From assembly GCA_963794945.1 (NCBI GenBank), contig CAWCFT010000011.1, forward strand, positions 64,001 through 128,000: a DNA stretch of 64,000 nucleotides, given 5' to 3'. The notes beneath the pieces were generated by a model. That model saw only the letters and a program-made list of their open reading frames with translations, was not told the DNA's origin and did not search any database. Positions 21,062-30,910 of the stretch are shown here, piece by piece (position 1 is the first letter of the stretch; every line of letters begins with the position of its first letter). This DNA comes from Endomicrobiales bacterium (lineage in GTDB: Bacteria; Elusimicrobiota; Endomicrobiia; Endomicrobiales; CAWCFT01). Made by a program: the position numbers and the translations under genes.

Positions 21062-24000
21062 GGAAGAACTCCAACGTTAGTTTATTTGTTGTGTATGTGT
21101 TAGGCGTTGACGCGTTGGCAAAATCGGCGGCTAAATATATGTATATCGGAGTTGTTGCATTTGACCATGCATATTCAGCTGTCTGAATCCCGCTTGTATT
21201 CCATACGGTTACATAGTCACTGTTGTTGGTAAAACCAGCGGTATTCTTGTCTTCCATCCATAAGAAGCATGGGTACTGGTTCCCAAGCCCGGTAACCCAC
21301 AGCCTGGCAGGATAACTGGGTGCGCCTTGCTGTACGCTAAGAGTGTTAGTAGTTATATCTACGCACCTCCAAGCCAGCGGAAGTGCTACAGTAGTTGCGG
21401 TTTGGCATACAAGGCCTGCAGGGTTGCCTGTGCCGGTGAACTTAGGGTTTGCGTTCGATGCTTTATTGTCGGTATATATCTGTATGCCCCAGTTAGAATA
21501 GTCTGGCACGCAATTGATCTTGATATACTGATTTGCCGCTACCCATCCTGTCGGCAGGGACGGTGTTGTCCAGGTAAAATAGGTTGTCGCGGAATTGTCA
21601 AGGGTATTGTAAATGCCGACTTGAAATAATGGAATAGGATAAAGAGGGTTGAACTGGTTCTTGGCAAACAAATACCATGCCGCAGAAGAAACGCATTGGT
21701 GAGTTGAATCCATTATCCAGCCTCCGTAGGCTGTGCCCTGGTTGGTTGCGTAACCCAGGCCCTGGATATTACTTCCCATAGGCGAAATCGCGTTCTCTAT
21801 TTGGCTGGTAAAATAGGCACCAAGCGTTGCGTTCCCGCTTATATTGTACGCTTCAGCCATCTGGCCGGTTCCTTCAAGCCAAACGGCATCCATGTCCGGC
21901 TGCTGGCCAGATAGCCCGCCAAAATCATAACCGTCTACAAACGCGCCTGTAAGATCGCTTGTTTTGCTATTTCTAAAATAACCATCTACGCTGCTTAGGC
22001 ACGCATTATATGTGCCAGTAGTAAATGCCAAAGCGGCAAGAGAATAACAGTCCAAAGCTTTATCTATCGCTGGTACGTTTGAACACACTTTAAAACGGTA
22101 ACCAGTTTCACTGTTCCATTGACCCCACATTGTGTCCAACCAGCTCTTAATGTTATTTGCCTTTGTATTAAATGTACTATCACCTGATATTTGAGCATAA
22201 TTTTGGAATACAGCGTATCCGGTAAGATTGTGCTCAGTTCCCTTGTATGAAAGCCAGGTGGAGCCGTCGTAGCCAAACTTCAGCCCCCCATCGGCGTCTT
22301 GTCTCGCAGCCAGCCATGTTGCGAGGTTGTTCATCATCGTATCATACGTTGTGTCGCCGGTCATATAGCGGTAATACATGATAGCCTGAAGCATCCAGAG
22401 ATTGGGGCCAGTGGTGCGTGTTGCTATCAGCACTGACCAATTGTCTACACTATATTCATCTGCATAACCGCCGGTAGCATCCCATGTAATATGGTTTTTA
22501 TACGCGCTAAGCACATTTTGTGCGGAAACAGTGCTTCCGTAATAACAATAAGCCATTATTGCCAGCGCCTGGTCATATGTAACTGCTTCATTGATCGTTT
22601 CATAGCTTCGCACAAGGCCTGTGGTAGCGCTTTGTTTGTTCTCTAATTCGTTCAAAACATATTGGGCATTGGGTGAAACGAACCCCGGCGACATCCAGCG
22701 TACATTATCGATCCAGAAACTGCCGCTGGCAGTACCGATGTCCGCGCCTACTGCGGCAGCGTTAAAATAGACGGTCATTGTTGATAAATTTAGGTTTGCA
22801 TCTAAAGCTGTAAAAGAAGATATTGGAATGGCAACTGACTGCCATTGATTATTTAGTAAAACTCCCATATTCTGGCCTAACATAAGCTGGGCTGTACCGG
22901 TTCCAGCGGATTCATTATTGGAACGAATTCCTATTTGAACATCCGCCGATGACGACTTAAAATCAAAAGCCAAGTATCCGCTGGAATACGTCGCCATAGA
23001 TCTGGTCGTATTGCTCCCTGAACCGCCTTCCTGAACAAACCATCCAGCCCATTGTGATGGCGTAATGCCAAAGTCTTCCCTGAACGAGAAGTTCCCAGTT
23101 GTAAAAGTCGAGTAGTCATTAGCAAAATTGAGTGACGCACCGCTTGCCAGGTAAGTTCCAACATATCCGGCAGCGTCCTGGTCATTTAAAACATTAAAAA
23201 TTGTCCACGTGGTTGCCACTACATTAAATGAGCTATAACTGGAATAATCGCTCTGGTTTCCAACCCCATTAATTGCCTTAACTCTCCAATAATATGTACC
23301 CGCCGCAAGCGCCGGGCTAACACTGTATATATTTGAAGGTACCCCAGGCACGGTGAGCAGAGGTGAAGCAAAAGTAACATTATTATCTATCTGCATCTTA
23401 TAGGTAACACCTGAGACATCAGTAACTTGGCTCCATGTTAGGACAGGAGAAGGACAATAACTGCTAGAAGCGTTTGCCGGAGAAACATTTGACGGCACAG
23501 AAGGAGAACTTGTTTCAACTGCCGCAATAGTGAAGGAGAAAGTACTTGACCACACACCTACATTGCCTACCCCGTCAGTGGTTTTTACGCGCCACCAGCA
23601 TGTTGTGCCCACTGCAAGAGATGTTGTTGGAGTATATTGAGTAGCAGATATACTAGACACATCTACTGTTGCCGATGGAATAGTGGGCCCGTGGGTGTCA
23701 AGCTGAACCTCATATGCTACTCCGGAAGGATCAGTAACATTAGACCAACCAAGCAGTGGAGAGTTAATACTCGAACCTCCATTTGCTGGCTGTAAAAGCG
23801 TAGGCGCGGCTGGCGGAGTGGTGTCATTGCTCATAAAAATATAATCTATGTATACTGTTTCTACTGGAGTAGTCGCGGTAAATGAAAAATATATAGGGTC
23901 TGAAATACTATTGAGATTAAGAGACGAATTAGCGCTTTTAAAACTACTAAGTGGTATTTTAACCATTTGCCAATTTGTAGTTACTGTAACACTTAATGGT

Positions 24001-24404
24001 ATTTCGGCTTTATTGCTGGAGCTATCCAGCATGCCTATCGTGAAGGTTTCATTGCCGACTGCGCCTTTTACATAAAAAACAAGGTTAGTATAGGAAGATA
24101 AATTTACTGTGGGAGATGACACAAAAGCCCATGCGTCCCAGTTGTTACCGCCGCCCCATACCAATTTGTAATATTTAATTGGATCAAATGCGCATCCATT
24201 GGGATCTGTCATTTCTGTAAAACCGGACTGATATAAATTCCATTCTTGCAAACTGATATTCGATCCTAATCCGGCATCAGAGTAAATAATATCATCGGCA
24301 GCAAAAACCGATACGGCAAAAATCGTCGATACGGCTAAAGCGATAAGCAGCCCTCTTAGCAACTTATTTACCCACAATGATGTTTTAACTATATTGAAAG
24401 TCAT
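21054..24404 (-). CDS. Multidomain secreted protein: CBM-like, 2x Fn3-like, CBM-like, (alpha/alpha)6 glycosidase-like, C-terminal pilin-like domain (putative tip subunit)
   Basis: NLSSY..LVFYVKG..G.E / WQ.V.IPLSSF / IDYI CBM-type motifs; YYWRVKA Fn3; TYDQALA, GPNLW, TEHN, WLEGTGQ; last ~190 aa homologous to ORF 25254-26029. Confidence 0.75.
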   Translation of the reverse strand: MTFNIVKTSLWVNKLLRGLLIALAVSTIFAVSVFAADDIIYSDAGLGSNISLQEWNLYQSGFTEMTDPNGCAFDPIKYYKLVWGGGNNWDAWAFVSSPTVNLSSYTNLVFYVKGAVGNETFTIGMLDSSSNKAEIPLSVTVTTNWQMVKIPLSSFKSANSSLNLNSISDPIYFSFTATTPVETVYIDYIFMSNDTTPPAAPTLLQPANGGSSINSPLLGWSNVTDPSGVAYEVQLDTHGPTIPSATVDVSSISATQYTPTTSLAVGTTCWWRVKTTDGVGNVGVWSSTFSFTIAAVETSSPSVPSNVSPANASSSYCPSPVLTWSQVTDVSGVTYKMQIDNNVTFASPLLTVPGVPSNIYSVSPALAAGTYYWRVKAINGVGNQSDYSSYSSFNVVATTWTIFNVLNDQDAAGYVGTYLASGASLNFANDYSTFTTGNFSFREDFGITPSQWAGWFVQEGGSGSNTTRSMATYSSGYLAFDFKSSSADVQIGIRSNNESAGTGTAQLMLGQNMGVLLNNQWQSVAIPISSFTALDANLNLSTMTVYFNAAAVGADIGTASGSFWIDNVRWMSPGFVSPNAQYVLNELENKQSATTGLVRSYETINEAVTYDQALAIMAYCYYGSTVSAQNVLSAYKNHITWDATGGYADEYSVDNWSVLIATRTTGPNLWMLQAIMYYRYMTGDTTYDTMMNNLATWLAARQDADGGLKFGYDGSTWLSYKGTEHNLTGYAVFQNYAQISGDSTFNTKANNIKSWLDTMWGQWNSETGYRFKVCSNVPAIDKALDCYSLAALAFTTGTYNACLSSVDGYFRNSKTSDLTGAFVDGYDFGGLSGQQPDMDAVWLEGTGQMAEAYNISGNATLGAYFTSQIENAISPMGSNIQGLGYATNQGTAYGGWIMDSTHQCVSSAAWYLFAKNQFNPLYPIPLFQVGIYNTLDNSATTYFTWTTPSLPTGWVAANQYIKINCVPDYSNWGIQIYTDNKASNANPKFTGTGNPAGLVCQTATTVALPLAWRCVDITTNTLSVQQGAPSYPARLWVTGLGNQYPCFLWMEDKNTAGFTNNSDYVTVWNTSGIQTAEYAWSNATTPIYIYLAADFANASTPNTYTTNKLTLEFFHD

Positions 24405-25162
24405 TTAATTGTAACTTCCCCTGTTTTCTTTACTTGCACTTTAAAGACTTTTTCTTTAGTGATACCGGCGCCGGTGAGACTTACTATAACCTTATATTTA
24501 CCAGGTTTAGGAAAAGTGTCTTTTTCATTTCCGCTGGCTATAATCATCCTTGTTTGCCCTGGGTACGCTGGCCTTCCTTCCAGTATATTCAGGATAGTTT
24601 CATTTTTCTTATAAATTACCTTTATGTATCCTGACGGCCTGACATGGACATTGCCGTCATTTTTCACAATAGTCGAAAATTGCACTCCCGCCTGACTACT
24701 TTTAATTTTTGGCATGGAAAAATCCCAATCAACTCTTTCCGTGCCCTTGACGGTCACAAACAATGAAACGCTGACTATTAAAGTTACGCCTTGCTGCCCG
24801 CCTGGAACAAAACTGATCATTACCGCTCTCATTCCCGTGATAGATGTAGATATCTTTACTTTGTATTTGACTTCTTTAGTTTCGTTCGGCTCAAAAGTGA
24901 AAGATGAAGGCAATATCTGAAGCCAATCCGATATTTTTATATTCTTTTCTTCTTCTTTTGCAACATACCAGTAACGCGAATTGACAGAAATATCCGTGGT
25001 TTTACCAAAATCGTTCGTTACTTTGTAACTGCCTTCATATTCACCACCCGGAGGCAGTGCTATCTCCTGGCGGGTAGGTTCGACCATCAATCCGGCGTTC
25101 AGAACGGCATTTAGCCCTGCAACCATAAATATAGAGGCGATGGCTCGTCTTATCATAATCAC
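24401..25162 (-). CDS. PapD/DUF916-like two-Ig-domain pilus chaperone-like protein
   Basis: Signal peptide; VEPTRQE...KVTND, WLQILPSSFTFEPNETKEV, VKNDGNVHVRP. Confidence 0.7.
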   Translation of the reverse strand: MIMIRRAIASIFMVAGLNAVLNAGLMVEPTRQEIALPPGGEYEGSYKVTNDFGKTTDISVNSRYWYVAKEEEKNIKISDWLQILPSSFTFEPNETKEVKYKVKISTSITGMRAVMISFVPGGQQGVTLIVSVSLFVTVKGTERVDWDFSMPKIKSSQAGVQFSTIVKNDGNVHVRPSGYIKVIYKKNETILNILEGRPAYPGQTRMIIASGNEKDTFPKPGKYKVIVSLTGAGITKEKVFKVQVKKTGEVTIK

Positions 25163-25172
25163 CTGTATTTTG

Positions 25173-25205
25173 GCGGGACAGCGGTTAGGTTAACCGCTGT
25201 CCCGC
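25173..25205. other. Perfect 15-bp stem-loop between putative pilin and chaperone genes
   Basis: GCGGGACAGCGGTTA-ggt-TAACCGCTGTCCCGC; no U-tract in the sense (minus) direction. Confidence 0.85.
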
Positions 25206-25253
25206 TCAAATTTTTCAACAAATCAAACGAACAACCTGTGGCGATGAGCCATA

Positions 25254-26029
25254 TTAGTCGTGAAAAGCTTCAAGGCGCAACGTCGTGGTTCTATACGTAT
25301 TAGGAGAAATTGCACTTGCGAAATTAGCCCCGAAATATACGTAGGCCCAAGCTTGCCCTGTCGGCCCGGTAAAACCGGAAGAACCTGTGCCCGCTGCTGA
25401 TTGTAAACCCAGCGCTTGATCCCAGATTTCAGCATAATCTCCGTTGTTATCGGCTTGGCCGCTAGCAGTAGTTGTCATAGAACTCTTGTCCAGCATATAC
25501 AGGAAGCACGGGTAGCCGTTTCCACCGTTGTAACCGCCTAATTCGCTAGCGAAGAGGTTATTGCTGGGTCCTCCCTGAACAATCGTCAACGAAGTCGTTG
25601 AAATAGTAACTATACGCCAGCACATGGGCAAGACTGCGGTAGTAGTACTCGTGCCGATAAGACCAGATGGAGGGGTCACGGACGGGACGCCTGTATATTT
25701 TGGATTTGCATCCGACGCGGTATTATCCGTATACATCTGGATACCGCTGTTGGCTTGAGTCATGGTCGCATTTATAATCATATAAGCATCAGCTCTTCTC
25801 CATGCTGTCGAACCGAGCGTGATTCCCGTCGTGTCCCACCAAAGTTGTGTGGTCGTGCCACCGGCAAGGTTATACAATTGAAAAGTGTAGTTAACAGATC
25901 CCGCGTGCCGTAAACGATACACTTGCCGTAACCGTCGAAATTGCCATAGAGGTAAAACCGGCGAATGATGGAACTTTCATGGTCGCCACTAAACCTACTG
26001 CTAATGCTGCTGACCAATAATTTACGCAT
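25254..26029 (-). CDS. Putative major pilin-like secreted protein; two indels in the first ~130 nt
   Basis: Reconstructed MRKLLV/AALAVGLVATMKVPSFA-GFTSMAISTVTASVSFT/AGSVNYTFQLYN...NTYRTTTLRLEAFHD; strong RBS GAAGGGAGG. Confidence 0.7.
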
Positions 26030-26711
26030 ACAATGCCTCCCTTCATATTTTATCGAATTGCTTCGATAATACAACCTGGTATAAATTTACCGTCTTTATC
26101 TTTGTCGATTCTGTTTTCCCTCCCCTAAGAACGTGGTTCAAGCTGAAGCTTGAACAAAACTGCTGTTGTAAAGCCTACGGGGCCAAATTGCGTGTAAATT
26201 TAAATTTATCATGTGGAAAAAACTCAAAAAAATATCAGTTTTACAAGGATATTAACCAAATTTCACATTGAACAACCCTATTTGAAATCCCTAAAACTGA
26301 ATAAAACGTAGTGGATATGGTCACTCTTGTCAATTATTAATCTGGCCTGCCCGCCGATGCATTTTTGGCGGCCGATAATGGGTAAGGATGAGGCAGGTGC
26401 TAAGACAATCGTGACTTTTTGTTACAATTCTTTAACTTGAAACACCCAAGATACGTCTAATTAAACAAAATTATTAACTAGCAGTCAATCGAATATATTG
26501 ACTTGAATTGATTTTCCGATGTTTCGGCCTCAGCAAGTGCTTATCCCTAGCTAATTATATAATTTACTGTTGATTTATTGAGCATATTTCTGTGAAATTA
26601 TTGTGAAATCCAAATATCCCGAATTCAATATTAATTATTACTAAGTTGTTATGCTTTGAGGGCTAAAGGTAGACCGGAATGCAGGATACCAACTTGGGAA
26701 GAACCTCGGGG

Positions 26712-28219
26712 TCACTCAGAAACGAAATCGGAGTTTTCTCTTTTGGATTTCACTATCTTGTAAGACACCTTGTTTGTATTGAACGCAAGAGGATTGAACC
26801 CACAAAGAGCATAATACCTCCATACAGTTGACGAAACTGAAGCTACCCATTGCCCATTAGAACCCCTGGGAATTTCCCACTCGTTGGAAAATGCGAATAA
26901 TATGTTTTTCTCTCCAAGGCATTTTGAGGTATAAGGCAGGCGACCAATCGACAAGCCTTACCGTGGCAGAAAGCTTTTCGATCTCATCAGAGAATTTTAT
27001 AGCCTTAAGCCTGTATTCTTCTGCTTTTTCTTTACGCCCCACACTTTTCGCGTATCGAGACATTACCTGGTAGGCAACAGTTTGAAATCCTGTGCCTTCC
27101 AACCATATAATCCTTATGGCATTATTTCTTCCAGGAGGGTCGGTGAAATCAAACCCTTCCACCCGCTCACCCATCACATCGTTTATTACGAGAAAATGGT
27201 TTTCTGCGTAATCCATAAGATAGAACGGGTCTATGCCCATTTCTTGAAGTTTTCCCGGACCAAATGCTGCTATGGTCCACGATACTGTATCCAGAGCACG
27301 CACCGTTCTGCGGGCCTTTTTCGTTATAACCGCAATTAAAAGACTTTTCCTCTGGGTTATAGGCCACTTCCTTTATCCACCTTTCGATGCCTTTCATTTC
27401 ACCGTCTATATCGTTTAATCCGTAATTATATTTTGCGAATTTTTCCCTGACCCTGCTGTCGCCTGATAAATATAGTTGCTTTAACATGGAAAGGACGGCG
27501 TAATAATCAACATTGTTTTCCGTGGAAAATACCTTTGCCCAATCAGGACCCCACCCATAGCCCATCGAAACCCCGCCTCTTTGCCCGTCCGCGAACTCCC
27601 AGTGCTGAAGTTGTTGGACCCATTTCACCATATCTATCACAAAACCCAGATACTGGAGGTCATCTGTCATTGACGAATACTGCAAAATGGCCAACGCTAC
27701 CCACATATTAGGGCCGAGGTGTATCCGAATGCCGTCTATACCCACCAAAAGCCCATCCGTCCCACCCGAATTGGTCCTATATGAGTTGCACAAACCGATA
27801 TATTCATTTTTTAACATGTAAAATTCCCTTTTATAGGATGAAAATATTTTACATGCTTTCTGCGGCTGTCCGGCAAGAGTGAACGCCAAAGTGGCTACCG
27901 CGCTGTCATATGTGAACGATTGACAGTCCAATACACCTCCGCTACCGTAGCAGAAAGCTCTTGTAAAAATATCGAAAGTATATCTGCTCGTACCGCGAAA
28001 ACTTTCAACGAGTCCGTTAACTTCAGACTGTTGTTTATCAAGGAATTCAGTTGTTTGAACTTCGATCTTATATAATTTTCTCTTTAAGTCGGGTGAAATG
28101 AAAGGATTAACAGCGTTTTTATTGAGGTAGTTGCCAGCAAAAACATCGCCGCAAAAAAGGAACAGCACAAAGGCACAAAAGGCAAACTTGATGGATATTA
28201 GATAAGATTTATTAAGCAA
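26712..28219 (-). CDS. Secreted six-hairpin glycosidase-like protein, paralog of the tip catalytic domain; two frameshifts
   Basis: FTYDSAVA, GPNMW, STENNVDYY, ALDTVSW, GFDF, IWLEGTG, SVSSTVW across ORFs 27167-28219, 26857-27303 and 26712-26954. Confidence 0.72.
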
Positions 28220-28330
28220 AACGATTATTCCCGCCCCAAGAGAACGCTGGGGCTATAATAGCTTAAAGACTGTGTTACATAATTATGCTGATAAATGAAA
28301 GAATATCAAGTGTTTTTTGGAAAGAGTAAT

Positions 28331-28368
28331 CGGTAACCCCGCAGCGAGCTACGGGGAATAGTCAAGTT
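28331..28368. repeat. Orphan copy of the IS200 terminal hairpin
   Basis: CGGTAACCCCGCAGCGAGCTACGGGGAATAGTCAAGTT vs CGGTAACCCCGCAGCAAGACTGCGGGGAATGGTCAAGTT at 46480-46518. Confidence 0.75.
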
Positions 28369-28398
28369 TAATGTTTTAAAAGTTAAATCTGATCTGCG

Positions 28399-30910
28399 TT
28401 ACTTTATTATGAGCAACCTGCATTTATCCTTCTCTTCGCCAGATGAATATTTCTTTTTGATTATGCAGGGATAAGTGCCGTTATACATCGTGTTTCCACT
28501 TTCGTCTTTGCCGTTGTATTCTACCTGGTTTGTCCCTTTGTGAAGACCGGTAACACTACCGGCCCAACAGCGGTCGCCGTACTCGCTGTATATCTTTATG
28601 TCCACATCTCCATCTTCAGTCATCTCAAACACAATATTTGTGCTCTGTCCACGCGCTGGATCGAACGGGTTCGGGTAATTAAATGCCTTTGTTGGCTCTT
28701 TAATAGTGGTAAATGAATACTCCGGACTTTCTGAAACCACGCCATACTGGTTTGCTACCTGAACCTGCCAGTTGTAAACCATGCCAGATTCCAAAGTATC
28801 TATTGTATAGCTCGTATTTTTTCCAATGTATACAGCGGCTAAACCACTGCTAATGCTTTTGTTGCTGCCGCTGGGCAATATGGCAGGCGACTGCTGTTTA
28901 GTTTGTGGCTTGCTTAGATACAATGTATATGTTAGGTCATCATTATTCGGGTTGTTGCAGGCCCAGCACAAGCGAACCTGTCCTGAAACAACGCTTGCCC
29001 CGTTCGTTATCCCCTGTGAAGCATTCTGGGGAACGTTCGGTGCTGGTGCGCCTACCTGAAAACTGCCTGTTAAAGTGGCTGTTGAAGCACAGCCATAAAT
29101 GTCACATGCTTGAAAATTATACGTATAGCCGGAACAGGGAACCAAAAATGTGGCTGTAGAATAAACAGCTCCCGTGGCATAGTTGCCGGAATACAGGTTC
29201 ATGCCGATGCAATACACTGTAGTGCCGCCGCTTAAAATATTAACCTGCGGATAGCCGGAAGCAGGAGGGTAACTGTCAGCGTACATAACATGAAAATAAA
29301 AAGTAGTATTTCTATTTCCAAAAATAGGATAAACACCAGTGCCAGTATAATTTGTTTCATTTGTAAATGAAATTTGCGGAGCAACTGCTTCTACTACCGA
29401 AGGCCCAGTTTGAATAGTTGTCGGAATGCCAGCCGCTGCGCAGTCCCCATTCATCCTGTGCCGTAAAATAATAAGAGTACGCTGTTGCGGGCGACAATAG
29501 CGTAGAAACGCTATAATTTGCACCTGATAGCGGAATATAACTGGCGTTTGTGGAACTCATACTAAGTAATTGCACAGTAGTGCCGCCGTTTAATATATAA
29601 ACCATCGGAAAACCACTTTTAGGAGAATCGTTTTCAGTGTCATAATATTTAACCTTAAAAACAAAAATTGTATTGCTTGCGCCGACTGTAGGGGATAATC
29701 CAGCATTAAGATACGCGAGCGGGTTACCCGTCCAACCAAGCACTGGAGTAGTATTATTCCTAACGAAATCAATGCCATCTTGCTCAGAAACTAAGTTATT
29801 AACCGAATGATTGGCTGGATTGAATGTGTAAGTGCCTATTCCCGGCATTGAACTCACGCTGACAATCCAGTTGCTATAAGAAGGCACCATCATCTGATAA
29901 TAACCTGCAGAACTAGTTTGAGTATAATGTGTCGAAAGCCCAACAGCTTCAACTGTCACTGAAGATATAGGTGTCACACTATCTGGTTGAGTAACCCATC
30001 CAGTAATCGCATATCCGTTAGCCCATGTTACGGTATAACTATCAATCATAGGTATTGCGTTTGGGTTCGTTGTTGAAAAAGAAGAGATTATCTGCAAATA
30101 GGGACCCACACTTGAAGATATTGCTCCGCCTTTTGTCAGCGGAATTGAAGCATTTGTATTGAGATTATAAGTGCTTGTAGCCGTAACGATATAATAGCTG
30201 ATGCTGCTTGATGAAGGTTGTGTGTCATAGGCATTAAATGTCCACCAATTACACCAGTTTGACCCTGCGTTGAATATTTGTGAAGTGTAAGAACCCGAGG
30301 TATAATAAACTATAAAATTATTTACTTGCAAACCAAACATATCGTAACTACTCTGGCAATGACCATATATGCGGAAATATCTGCACGATATCGTTGAAGA
30401 GAGTGAACAATATGCCTGAGTTGCACCACCTACAGACGTTAAAGAAGATTGAATAATTTGCCAGTGCATACTATCTTGAGAAATCTCCAAATCTGATTCA
30501 CTTGCAACGGCAGGATCAGGACCATAATTCGCATTTTGACATAAGACAGTACATGTTATCCCAGAAATAGGAATACAACATCCTAAGTCTATCTGCCACC
30601 ATTTGTTTGTAAGCGTAAGACTTGATCTATACCAATCATTGCTATTACCATCAACAGCATTTGATGGCGGATAGCCTACTGAATAATCGCTTGCTGTTGC
30701 TATTTTATTCATTGCCAAGTCAATAACTGTAGAAGACAATAATGCAACGCTCCCAGTGTAAGTCGTAGTATCAATATTCACCCCTGACCCTGCGGCCAGT
30801 TTGCCTGCGGTTTGCTGCGTCCAACTGCCGGTCCCAAGGCAATAGACAGTTGAAGCAAAACCGGCTATCGCAATAACTACAAAAATGTACCGCAAGCTGC
30901 TTCTTCTCAT
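28399..30910 (-). CDS. Secreted protein: F5/8 type C (discoidin/CBM32-like) domain, repeated Ig domains, Fn3, C-terminal FlgD/T9SS-A-like sorting domain; frameshift near 29430
   Basis: DLAMNKIATAS...SNAVDGN...WWQIDLG; two F.F.V.Y.D...P.SG.P.V.I..GGT repeats; AFNYPNPFDP...YNGKDESG...NGTY...LLIIK. Confidence 0.78.

Noticed and set aside
26640..26710. Possible c-di-GMP-I riboswitch upstream of the pilin (CCGGTCTA-like motif)
   Set aside because: The GGCAAA/GAAA P1-P2 core and the GCAAA motif are absent.
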